From Nocardioidaceae bacterium (GTDB taxonomy: Bacteria; Actinomycetota; Actinomycetes; Propionibacteriales; Nocardioidaceae): a DNA stretch of 40,000 nt. The translations under genes and the position numbers were made by a program. The stretch covers positions 271,789 to 311,788 of the forward strand of contig JAXLSN010000009.1 in NCBI GenBank assembly GCA_046330595.1, given 5' to 3'. The notes under the pieces were generated by a model. It did not search any database and was not told the origin of the DNA. It was given only the letters and a program-made list of their open reading frames with translations. This document shows, one piece after another, positions 17,269-25,142 of the stretch (position 1 is the first letter of the stretch; each line of letters begins with the position of its first letter).

Positions 17269-17781
17269 ATGTCGCTGCCGGGCCTGCAGAGGCTGGACCA
17301 CATCGGCTTCACCGTCCCCGACCTTGAGGCGGCCCACACCTGGCTGGTCGACGTCCTGGGTTGCGAGTTCATGTATGCCCTCGGGCCGTTCCGGTCCGAC
17401 GACGACTGGATGAGCGAGCACCTGAACGTCGACCCCCGCACCGTCATGCGCGAGCTGCGCTTCTATCGCTGCGGCGGGCAAGCCGTGTTCGAGGTCTTTG
17501 CGTACGACGCCGCCGAGCGCCGGACCGACCCGCCCCGCAACAGCGACGTCGGCGGTCACCACGTCGCGCTGTACGTCGACGACCTGGACGCCGCGGTCGC
17601 CTACCTCCACGACCGCGGCGTCCAGGTGCTCGGCGACCCGACAGTCAGCCGCGGCCCGTCCGAGGGCCAGCGTTGGGTCTACTTCCTCAGCCCCTGGGGC
17701 ATGCAGTTCGAGCTGGTCTCCTATCCTGACGGCAAGGCGTTCGACCACGACCCGGACCGCTTCAGGGGGACAGCGACGTGA
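17269..17781 (+). CDS. VOC-family (glyoxalase/bleomycin-resistance/extradiol-dioxygenase fold) protein
   Basis: ATG 17269 has an AGGGGG SD. MSLPGLQRLDHIGFTVPDLEAAHTWLVDVLG..GGHHVALYVDDLDAAVAYL..GMQFELVSYP is a typical VOC beta-alpha-beta-beta-beta pattern. The listed 17224 start is less likely. Confidence 0.8.
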   Translation: MSLPGLQRLDHIGFTVPDLEAAHTWLVDVLGCEFMYALGPFRSDDDWMSEHLNVDPRTVMRELRFYRCGGQAVFEVFAYDAAERRTDPPRNSDVGGHHVALYVDDLDAAVAYLHDRGVQVLGDPTVSRGPSEGQRWVYFLSPWGMQFELVSYPDGKAFDHDPDRFRGTAT

Positions 17782-18461
17782 CTGAGGCTGCCCCGGCTCC
17801 ACCGGCCCCCGACGAGGCCGGCGTCTCGAGCCAACGCATCGCGGCTCGGCTCCGGGAGGAGGTCCTCTCCGGGCAGATCCCGCCCGGCACGTGGCTGCGC
17901 CAGGACGACATCGCCGCCCGGCTCGGCACGAGCCGGCTCCCGGTCCGCGAGGCGCTGCGCATCCTCGAGACCGAGGGCCTGGCCGAGCTGCTGCCCAACC
18001 GAGGCGCGCGCGTGCCCGTGCTCGACCTCGACGAGGTCAACACGCTCTACCGCATGCGTGAGCGCCTCGAGCCGCTCACCCTCATCCTGAGTCTGGAGCA
18101 CCTCACCGACGAGCAGGTCGACGAGATGGCCCACATCCAGCACCTCATCGAGAGCTCCCCTGACACCGCCCACTTCCTGGCCCTCGACCGCGACTTCCAC
18201 ATGGCGTCCTATGCGGCCTGCCCGAGCGAGCAGCTGTTGGCGACCACGATCCGGCTGTGGAACTCCACCCAGCACTACCGCCGCGCGTTCATGACGCTGG
18301 CGGGCACCGACCGGATGTCGGTGGTCAACGCCGAGCACCACCTGATCCTCGACGCGGTTCGGCGGCGCGACCCCGAGGACGCGGAGCGATTCCTAGCGGG
18401 CCACATCCGCAGGACCCGGGTCGAGCTGACTCTGCATCCTGAGCTGTTCGTCGCCGGTTGA
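17778..18461 (+). CDS. GntR-family transcriptional regulator, FadR/FCD subfamily
   Basis: GTG 17778 overlaps the VOC stop (GTGA). wHTH: IAARLGTSRLPVREALRILETEGLAELLPNRGARV. The C-terminal helical FCD-like domain carries His residues (HFLALDRDFH, AEHHLIL). Confidence 0.9.
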   Translation: MTEAAPAPPAPDEAGVSSQRIAARLREEVLSGQIPPGTWLRQDDIAARLGTSRLPVREALRILETEGLAELLPNRGARVPVLDLDEVNTLYRMRERLEPLTLILSLEHLTDEQVDEMAHIQHLIESSPDTAHFLALDRDFHMASYAACPSEQLLATTIRLWNSTQHYRRAFMTLAGTDRMSVVNAEHHLILDAVRRRDPEDAERFLAGHIRRTRVELTLHPELFVAG

Positions 18462-18474
18462 CCGGCGTCGCCGC

Positions 18475-19797
18475 TCATCCGACGTACGACCGCGCCATGA
18501 CGGCGAGCTTGCGGCCGGTGGTCACCTCGCTCCACACCGCGAGCGCGGTGCCGTCGTCCATGGCGGCGAGCCTCGCGTGCCCGTCAGGGGTCGCCTCACG
18601 CGAGAGCCACCCGGGCGCCGACCAGGTGCCGTCGCTGGCCAGGAGCGCCGCCCGTACGCCGTCACCCAGCGCTCCCGGGCCGGCCGACCGGGTCCAGACA
18701 AGGATCGCCTGGCCGGAGGGGTCCATCGCGACGCTCCAGTCGTTGACGTACGACGCGGCGCCGGTCACGGTGACGGGTCCGCTCCATCCGTCCGACGGGT
18801 CCCACTGTGCGGCCAACACCGAGGCCGAGCCGGGGCCGGCGAAGGTCACCAGAACCCGGCCGGACGGCGCACCGGTCACCCGCACCGGGAACTCGCTGAA
18901 TGCCCGGTGCCGCCAGAGCATGCGCGGCGGGCGCCACGCCCCGTCACCCTGGGCTCGCAGCGCGGTGACCGCCCAGCGGCCGTCGGGCCGGCGGGCGTCC
19001 CAGGCGACGGTCGTGCGGTTGGCCTGGTCGACGAAGACCCCGGCGGGACCGGGGGCCGGCGGTCCGACGTCACGCAGCTGCTGGAGCACGGTCGGGTCAC
19101 CCCAGGCCGACCCACGGGGCTGCCGGACGGCCACCCACCCCACGCGCAGGCCGTCGTCGGCGGAGGTGACGACCTGCTGGGCCACGACGGCCGCGAGCCC
19201 GCCGTCTCCGATGGCCACCTGCAGCCGCTCGGCGTGGGGCAGCCTCAGCGTCGTCGACCACCCGCCGTCGAGGAAGCCCCGGGAGACCTGGCCGCGCGTG
19301 TTCCACCGCCACGCGAGCACCGCGTCGCCGGATCCGTTCACGGCCAGGTCCTCGACGCCCAGGCTGCCGGTGGCTCGTTCGGCGACGACGACCGGGTCGC
19401 CCCAAACCCCGGCCGGGCCGAGCGTCCGTCCCACGATGGCGGCCGGACCGCCGTCGGGGTGCTGGGCCCAGGCCACGAGGAGCCGGCCGCCGGGGTCATA
19501 GGCCGCGACCGCCGAGCCCGCGTCGTTGCCGATCGTGATCGCGCCGGCCCAGGTGTCGCCGGCAGGGCGGAGCGCGACGCGCACGTCGCCGCCGCGCACC
19601 CACACGACCGCTTGGTCGCCGAGCGGCGAGACCGCCGCCTCCGACGCGACCATCCCCCGGCCCGCGCGGGACAGCCCCACGGCTGGCTCCCAGCCCGCCG
19701 GCGCCACCGCCCCCGGAGCCCCCGATGCCGCCGGGACCAGCACCGCGGTCGTCACCACCGCCGCAGCGGTGAGCATGCGCGACATCATCGAGAACAT
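18475..19797 (-). CDS. Secreted hypothetical protein with ~8 Trp-containing repeats (beta-propeller-like)
   Basis: 440-aa ORF. Signal peptide MFSMMSRMLTAAAVVTTAVLVPAASGA. Recurrent blade-like motif: AVVWVRGG, LLVAWAQH, AVLAWRWN, RVGWVAVR, TTVAWDAR, VLVTFAGP, AILVWTRS, ALAVWSEV. Seven of these are followed by W-x-x-P/small motifs (VWGDPVVV, AWGDPTVL, GWSGPVTV..). Confidence 0.7.
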   Translation of the reverse strand: MFSMMSRMLTAAAVVTTAVLVPAASGAPGAVAPAGWEPAVGLSRAGRGMVASEAAVSPLGDQAVVWVRGGDVRVALRPAGDTWAGAITIGNDAGSAVAAYDPGGRLLVAWAQHPDGGPAAIVGRTLGPAGVWGDPVVVAERATGSLGVEDLAVNGSGDAVLAWRWNTRGQVSRGFLDGGWSTTLRLPHAERLQVAIGDGGLAAVVAQQVVTSADDGLRVGWVAVRQPRGSAWGDPTVLQQLRDVGPPAPGPAGVFVDQANRTTVAWDARRPDGRWAVTALRAQGDGAWRPPRMLWRHRAFSEFPVRVTGAPSGRVLVTFAGPGSASVLAAQWDPSDGWSGPVTVTGAASYVNDWSVAMDPSGQAILVWTRSAGPGALGDGVRAALLASDGTWSAPGWLSREATPDGHARLAAMDDGTALAVWSEVTTGRKLAVMARSYVG

Positions 19798-19945
19798 GGT
19801 GGCCTCCCCGTGCCGCGGCGGAGCCGCCCGGGCGGCGACCCCGCCGTGACTGCTTCTCCATGGTCGGTCGGACCTGGGCCCAGCGTGCTAGGACGATGAT
19901 CACCACGGGGGTGTTCCGTGCGGCACAGCCGCAGGATGACCGGCG

Positions 19946-20683
19946 TCAGAGCAGCCGGCCGACGGCGGTCAGGACGGCGTCACGGACCTCGTCGAGCGTG
20001 ACGCCCGGGACCGCGTCGGCGACGCAGCCGACGGTCTCGGGCCGCAGGTCGAGCCCCATCAGGGGGTACGCCGCCGCCAGCGCGGCACGAGCACGGTCGG
20101 CGCCGCGGACCATGATCACGGCGCTGAACAGGAAGCCGCCACGGGTGATCCGCTGCCCCGTCCCGACCAGCTTGGACCGACCGGAGTCGTTGACGCTGAA
20201 CTCGCCCTCGCAGTACTCCCCCGGCACCCGACCGACCCGAGCGTCGACGCCGAGCCCGACGAGCGCCTCGGCCAGCGCCTCGCCGAGCAGCGAGAACCGT
20301 TCCTGGATGTGGAGCCTCGGCTGGTCGTGACCGGACAGGAGGTGGAGCACGAGGGAGCCCTCGTCATAGACGGCCAGCCGGCCGCCGACGGGCCGGAGAT
20401 GCGGCGCGAACCCGTGTGCGGCCACCGCCTCGGCGGCGGCCGGATAACCCGCGTTGAGCCGGTCGCGTCGGCTGAACGCGGCGGTGGCCGGGGGAACGGC
20501 GACGACGAGCTCGGCGATGCTGGCCGGGGTGAGCCCCCGGGCGCGGGCGTGGGCGGCCTCGAGATCGGCGACCAGGGCCGAGGCCGCGTCACCGTCGAGG
20601 AGGTGGAGCGGGCGGTCACCCAGCGGACTGGTCACGCGGGGAGCGACCCTCGAAGCGGGGCGATCACGCCACCATCCCACCAT
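19946..20683 (-). CDS. Lipoate-protein ligase / octanoyltransferase family (LplA-like, BPL_LplA_LipB catalytic domain) protein
   Basis: 245-aa ORF. PGEYCEGEFSVNDSGRSKLVGTGQRI matches the LplA-family lysine/active-site segment. Start uncertain (ATG 20683 or GTG 20635). Confidence 0.7.
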   Translation of the reverse strand: MVGWWRDRPASRVAPRVTSPLGDRPLHLLDGDAASALVADLEAAHARARGLTPASIAELVVAVPPATAAFSRRDRLNAGYPAAAEAVAAHGFAPHLRPVGGRLAVYDEGSLVLHLLSGHDQPRLHIQERFSLLGEALAEALVGLGVDARVGRVPGEYCEGEFSVNDSGRSKLVGTGQRITRGGFLFSAVIMVRGADRARAALAAAYPLMGLDLRPETVGCVADAVPGVTLDEVRDAVLTAVGRLL

Positions 20684-20776
20684 GACGACGCCACGAGGAG
20701 CGCCGTTGGGCCCGGCTCGTCGGCGGGCCTAGACTCTGGCGCGCCCACCCAGGCGTGACCCGAGGAGCGCCCTGCG

Positions 20777-20854
20777 ATGACCGACGTCGACACGTTCATG
20801 ACCGATGTCGTCTCCGCCGAGATCCTCATCGCCGACCAGCCGGTGTCGCGATGA
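20777..20854 (+). CDS. Possible 25-codon upstream ORF translationally coupled to the kinase gene
   Basis: ATG 20777 has a GAGGAG SD (20762-20767) 9 nt upstream. It encodes MTDVDTFMTDVVSAEILIADQPVSR. 23 of 25 third positions are G/C. The stop TGA 20852-20854 overlaps the kinase ATG 20851 (ATGA), and the kinase has no SD of its own. Confidence 0.3.
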   Translation: MTDVDTFMTDVVSAEILIADQPVSR

Positions 20855-22293
20855 CACCGATCCTGGCCATCGACCAAGGGACGTCCGGCACCAAGGCGAT
20901 CGTCGTCGACGAGGCGGGCACGGTGCTCTCGCTGGCCGAGGTGGGCCTGCAGCCGCGCTACCTCGACGGAGGTGGCGTCGAGCAGGACCCCCAGGCGATG
21001 CTCGACTCCGTCCTCGTGGCGGGGCGTCGCGCTGTCGCCGAGGCCGGCGTACGCATCGGTGCCGTGGCGCTGGCCAACCAGGGCGAGACCGTGCTCGCCT
21101 GGGACCGAGCGACCGGGGCGCCGCTCTCGCCGGCGATCGTGTGGCAGGACAGCCGCGCCGAGACGGTGTGCGCCGCGCGACGTGACCGCGCCGACCGGGT
21201 GGCGGCACTGACCGGGCTCGTCCTCGACCCTTACTTCTCCGCCCCCAAGATGCGGTGGCTGCGGGACAACGTCACCACCGAGGGCGTCGTCACCACCAGC
21301 GACACGTGGCTGGTGCACCGGCTCTGCGGTGCCTTCGTCACCGACACCTCGACCGCCAGTCGCTCGCTGATCCTCGACCTCGACCGGCGGGTGTGGTCCG
21401 ACGAGCTCGTCGACGTCTTCGGCCTCGGCGCCGAGGCGCTGCCAGACGTGGTCGCCAGCGACGAGGTCGTCGGCGAGACCGACCTGTTCGGCGACACCGT
21501 TCCGGTGGCGGGACTGATCGTCGACCAGCAGGCCGCCCTGCTCGCCGAAGGCTGCCTCGAGGCCGGGACCGCCAAGTGCACGTTCGGGACCGGCGCGTTC
21601 CTGCTCGCTCAGCTGGGCCCGCGCCCCGCCCGGTCCTCGGCCGGTCTCACGACCTCGGTGGCCTGGGACCTGCGTGGCGGTGCCGACTACTGCGTCGATG
21701 GCCAGGTCTACACCGCGGCCTCCGCCATCCGCTGGGCCATCGATCTGGGGCTGGTCTCTGCCGCCGACCAGCTCGACCCGGTCGCCGAGACCGTCGACTC
21801 CAGTGACGGCGTGCTGTGCGTCCCCGCCCTGGCCGGGCTCGCCGCACCGTGGTGGGACGCCCAGGCGACCGCGGCGCTGACCGGGATGACGCTCAGCTCC
21901 GGGCGTGGCCACCTGGTGCGCGCGCTGCTCGAGGGGATCGCCGCCCAGGTGGCGTCGTTGACCGCGCTGGTCGGCGACGACCTCGGTACGCCGCTCACGC
22001 GGCTGCGCGTCGACGGCGGGCTGACGCGCTCGCAGGTGCTGATGCAGGCCCAGGCCGATCTCGCCCAGCTGCCCGTGGACGTCTATCCCTCGGCCCATGC
22101 CACACCGCTCGGAGCGGCCGCCTGTGCCCGGCTGGCCCTCGACCCAGGCCTGGGCATCGCCGAGGCCGTCGGGCCCTGGACGCCGGAGCGGACCTTCGAG
22201 CCCACCTGGAGCGCCGACCGCGCCGCCGACCAGCTGAGCCGGTGGCGGGCCGCCGCCGCGTCAGCCTCACTGAGTCAAGGCGGTCGGGCGTGA
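20851..22293 (+). CDS. glpK: FGGY-family carbohydrate kinase, glycerol-kinase-like
   Basis: MTPILAIDQGTSGTKAIVVD.., NQGETVLAWDRATGAPLSPAIVWQDSRA, LDPYFSAPKMRWL, CTFGTGAFLL: a GlpK-subfamily pattern. The listed 20755 start adds a non-homologous Arg-rich leader. Confidence 0.8.
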   Translation: MTPILAIDQGTSGTKAIVVDEAGTVLSLAEVGLQPRYLDGGGVEQDPQAMLDSVLVAGRRAVAEAGVRIGAVALANQGETVLAWDRATGAPLSPAIVWQDSRAETVCAARRDRADRVAALTGLVLDPYFSAPKMRWLRDNVTTEGVVTTSDTWLVHRLCGAFVTDTSTASRSLILDLDRRVWSDELVDVFGLGAEALPDVVASDEVVGETDLFGDTVPVAGLIVDQQAALLAEGCLEAGTAKCTFGTGAFLLAQLGPRPARSSAGLTTSVAWDLRGGADYCVDGQVYTAASAIRWAIDLGLVSAADQLDPVAETVDSSDGVLCVPALAGLAAPWWDAQATAALTGMTLSSGRGHLVRALLEGIAAQVASLTALVGDDLGTPLTRLRVDGGLTRSQVLMQAQADLAQLPVDVYPSAHATPLGAAACARLALDPGLGIAEAVGPWTPERTFEPTWSADRAADQLSRWRAAAASASLSQGGRA

Positions 22294-23699
22294 CGGGCTC
22301 CCCCGTCCTCGACGGTGAGGTCGACGTCGCGGTGATCGGGGCGGGCGTCGTCGGCTCCGCCATCGCCCGCGACCTCGCCGGCACCCACCTGTCCGTCGCG
22401 GTGCTCGAGGCCCGCAACGACGTCGGCGACGGCACCAGCAAGGCCAACACCGGCATCCTGCACACCGGCTTCGACGCCAAGCCCGGCACCCTCGAGTCCC
22501 GCTTGGTGGCGCGCGGCTATGACCTGCTCCGCGACTATGCCGACGCGACCGGGATCCCGATCGAGACCACCGGGGCCCTGCTGGTCGCGTGGACCCAGGA
22601 GGAGCTCGACACCCTGCCGTCCCTGCGCGACAAGGCGGTCGCCAACGGCTATGACCGCTGCGAGCTGGTCGACGCCGCGTCCGTCTATGCCCGGGTCCCT
22701 GCGCTCGCACCGGGGGCCCTCCGCGGGCTGACGGTCCCCGACGAGTCGATCACCTGCACCTGGACGGCCACGCTCGCCCTCGCCACCGACGCCGTACGGC
22801 GCGGGGCGCGCCTGCTGCGCGACCACCCGGTGACCGGTGCGAGCCCCGACCCACGGGGCGGCTGGCTGCTCGAGACCCCCCACGGGCTGGTCCGGGCCCG
22901 CTGGGTCGTCAACGCCGCCGGGCTCGGCGCCGACCAGGTGGACCGCCTCACCGGACACGACCGCTTCACCGTCACCCCGCGACGCGGCGAGCTGTTCGTC
23001 TTCGACAAGCTGGCCCGACCGATGGTGCCCGTCATCGTGCTGCCGGTGCCGTCCAAGGTCGGCAAGGGTGTGCTGGTCAGCCCCACGATCTATGGCAACG
23101 TCATGCTCGGCCCGACCGCCGAGGACCTCGACGACAAGACGATGACCGCGACCTCGGAGGAGGGCTTCGCGTTCCTGCTCGACAAGGGCGCCCGACTGAT
23201 GCCGACCCTGCTGGAGGAGGAGGTGACGGCGACCTACGCGGGGCTGCGTGCGGCCATCGACGCCGACGACTACCTCATCGACCTCGACGCCGCGCGACGC
23301 TACGTCCTCGTCGGCGGCATCCGGTCCACCGGGCTCACGGCCAGCATGGCGATCGCCCAGCACGTCGTCGGCCTGCTCGCCTCGGGCAGCGACCTCGACC
23401 TCTCCCCGCGAACGGAGCTGCCCGACCCGCCCCGGATGCCCAACCTGGGCGAGGCCGGACTGCGCCCCTACCAGGACCCCGAGCTGATCGCGGCCGACCC
23501 CGACTATGGCCGCGTCGTCTGCTTCTGTGAGCGCGTCACCGCCGGTGAGCTGCGCGACGCCCTCGCGTCGACGATCCCGCCCGCCGACCTCGATGGCCTG
23601 CGCCGTCGCACCCGCGTCATGAACGGCCGCTGCCAGGGCTTCTTCTGTGGGGCCAACACCCGGGTGCTCCTCGAGGCCCGTGGGGAGGAGGCGCGATGA
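22290..23699 (+). CDS. FAD-dependent oxidoreductase, glycerol-3-phosphate dehydrogenase/oxidase-like, with a C-terminal BFD-like [2Fe-2S] domain
   Basis: GTG 22290 overlaps the kinase stop (GTGA). Dinucleotide fold VAVIGAGVVGSAIARDL. C-terminal CFCERVTAGEL..NGRCQGFFC four-Cys motif. The listed ORF 21816..23699 over-extends into the kinase gene. Confidence 0.8.
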   Translation: MTGSPVLDGEVDVAVIGAGVVGSAIARDLAGTHLSVAVLEARNDVGDGTSKANTGILHTGFDAKPGTLESRLVARGYDLLRDYADATGIPIETTGALLVAWTQEELDTLPSLRDKAVANGYDRCELVDAASVYARVPALAPGALRGLTVPDESITCTWTATLALATDAVRRGARLLRDHPVTGASPDPRGGWLLETPHGLVRARWVVNAAGLGADQVDRLTGHDRFTVTPRRGELFVFDKLARPMVPVIVLPVPSKVGKGVLVSPTIYGNVMLGPTAEDLDDKTMTATSEEGFAFLLDKGARLMPTLLEEEVTATYAGLRAAIDADDYLIDLDAARRYVLVGGIRSTGLTASMAIAQHVVGLLASGSDLDLSPRTELPDPPRMPNLGEAGLRPYQDPELIAADPDYGRVVCFCERVTAGELRDALASTIPPADLDGLRRRTRVMNGRCQGFFCGANTRVLLEARGEEAR

Positions 23700-24955
23700 C
23701 CACCCCCACCCGTTCCGCCGGGCTGGCCGTCGAGCACGTCCCCGTCGTCATCGTCGGCGGTGGCCCCGCTGGGCTCACGGCCGCGGCGGCCCTCGCCGAG
23801 ACCGGCGTACTGCTGCTCGAGCGGGAGGCCGAGACCGGCGGCATCCCGCGCCACAGCGACCACCCCGGCTTCGGGCTGCGCGACCTGCACCGCGCGGTGT
23901 CCGGGCCGGCCTATGCCCGGCGGCTCACGGCGCTGGCGCGCGATGCGGGCGCGCGCCTGGAGACCGAGGCACAGGTCACCGGCTGGGACGGCCCGCGCCG
24001 CCTCCTGGTCACCTCCCCACGTGGCCGGCGGATCGTCGAGGCCGAGGCCGTCGTCCTCGCGACCGGTGCCCGCGAGCGGCCCCGACCGGCTCGTCGGATC
24101 CCGGGCGACCGTCCCGACGGCATCTATACGACCGGGCAGCTGCAGCAGCTGGTCCACGTGCACCAGCTCCCCGTGGGTTCGCGCGCCGTGGTCGTCGGTG
24201 CCGAGCTGGTCAGCTGGTCGGCCGTGATGACCCTGCGCGAGGCGGGCTGCCGCACCGTCGCGATGACGACGCCGTACGACCGGGCGGAGTCCTATGCCGC
24301 CGTCCGCGCCCTGGGTCGGACCGCCCTGCGCGTCCCGGTGTGGACCCGCACCCGGGTCGTGAGCATCCACGGTCGGCAGCGGGTCGAGTCGGTGGTGGTC
24401 GAGGACGTCGACACCGGCCAGCGCCGCACCATCCCCTGCGACACCGTCGTCACGACCGGCGACTGGATCCCCGACCACGAGCTGGCCCGACTGGCCTCGC
24501 TCGACCTCGACCCCGGCACTCTCGGGCCGGTCGTCGACGCCGGCCTGCGCACGAGTGCGCCCGGGGTGTTCGCGATCGGCAACCTGGTCCACCCCGTCGA
24601 CACCGCCGACGCCGCCGCGCTCGACGGACGGCACGTCGCCGACGTCGTACGCCGCTGCGTCACCGCGGCAGGCCGTGACGCACAGTCCCGCCTCGAGGTC
24701 AGGGCGGGCGACGGCTTCCGGTGGGTGAGCCCGCAGCGGATCGACCCAGGCGCGGATCCCTCCCGTGGCAAGGTCCTGCTGTGGCCGGACCGCTTCGTCC
24801 GGCTGCCCCGGGTGCGGGTCATCCAGGACGGCTCGGTGCTGGCCGAACGCCGGCTCCCCTGGCCCGCCGCACCCGGCCGGGTCTTCCGGGTCCCCGCGTC
24901 ACTGCTCGCCGCCGCCTCCCCCGCCGGCGGCCCCGTCACCCTCACCCTCGCCTGA
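23696..24955 (+). CDS. NAD(P)/FAD-dependent oxidoreductase (pyridine-nucleotide-disulfide-oxidoreductase fold) with an uncharacterised C-terminal extension
   Basis: ATGA overlap with the upstream stop. VVIVGGGPAGLTAAAAL, a second fold AVVVGAELVSWSA, and GVFAIGNLVHP. About 100 C-terminal residues have no motif I recognise. Confidence 0.8.
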   Translation: MTTPTRSAGLAVEHVPVVIVGGGPAGLTAAAALAETGVLLLEREAETGGIPRHSDHPGFGLRDLHRAVSGPAYARRLTALARDAGARLETEAQVTGWDGPRRLLVTSPRGRRIVEAEAVVLATGARERPRPARRIPGDRPDGIYTTGQLQQLVHVHQLPVGSRAVVVGAELVSWSAVMTLREAGCRTVAMTTPYDRAESYAAVRALGRTALRVPVWTRTRVVSIHGRQRVESVVVEDVDTGQRRTIPCDTVVTTGDWIPDHELARLASLDLDPGTLGPVVDAGLRTSAPGVFAIGNLVHPVDTADAAALDGRHVADVVRRCVTAAGRDAQSRLEVRAGDGFRWVSPQRIDPGADPSRGKVLLWPDRFVRLPRVRVIQDGSVLAERRLPWPAAPGRVFRVPASLLAAASPAGGPVTLTLA

Positions 24956-24993
24956 CCAGCGCGGTGGTCGCCCGACGCACGGCGCCCATTTCT

Positions 24994-25026
24994 CGCCGAG
25001 TCGTCACAAGATGTGACGACTCGGCG
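24994..25026. terminator. Perfect 15-bp stem / 3-nt loop hairpin at a convergent junction (candidate bidirectional terminator)
   Basis: CGCCGAGTCGTCACA-AGA-TGTGACGACTCGGCG, 39 nt after the stop at 24955. It has no clear U-tract (ATTTCT lies on its 5' flank, which reads AGAAAT after the hairpin on the other strand). Confidence 0.5.
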
Positions 25027-25071
25027 CGAGTTCCATCCCCAACCGGGCCGGGTTCTCCACAGATTCGAGGC

Positions 25072-25140
25072 CGACCCGGCAGAACTTCTGCCGGGTCGAC
25101 ACTGAGTGCGCGCTCACCCGGCAGAACTTCTGCCGGGTCG
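25072..25140. repeat. Two more copies of the 27-nt palindromic (REP-like) element
   Basis: CGACCCGGCAGAACTTCTGCCGGGTCG at 25072-25098; CACCCGGCAGAACTTCTGCCGGGTCG at 25115-25140. Spacing is 43 bp. It ends 3 nt before the large-subunit stop (25143). The core is identical to the 13.6-kb copies. Confidence 0.9.
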
Positions 25141-25142
25141 GC

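Noticed and set aside
21816-22289. Long N-terminal extension of the flavoprotein ORF (start 21816) overlapping the kinase gene
   Set aside because: The extension is an Arg/Ala/Pro-rich out-of-frame reading of the kinase gene. The GTG at 22290 gives a GTGA-coupled start immediately before the FAD-binding GxGxxG motif.
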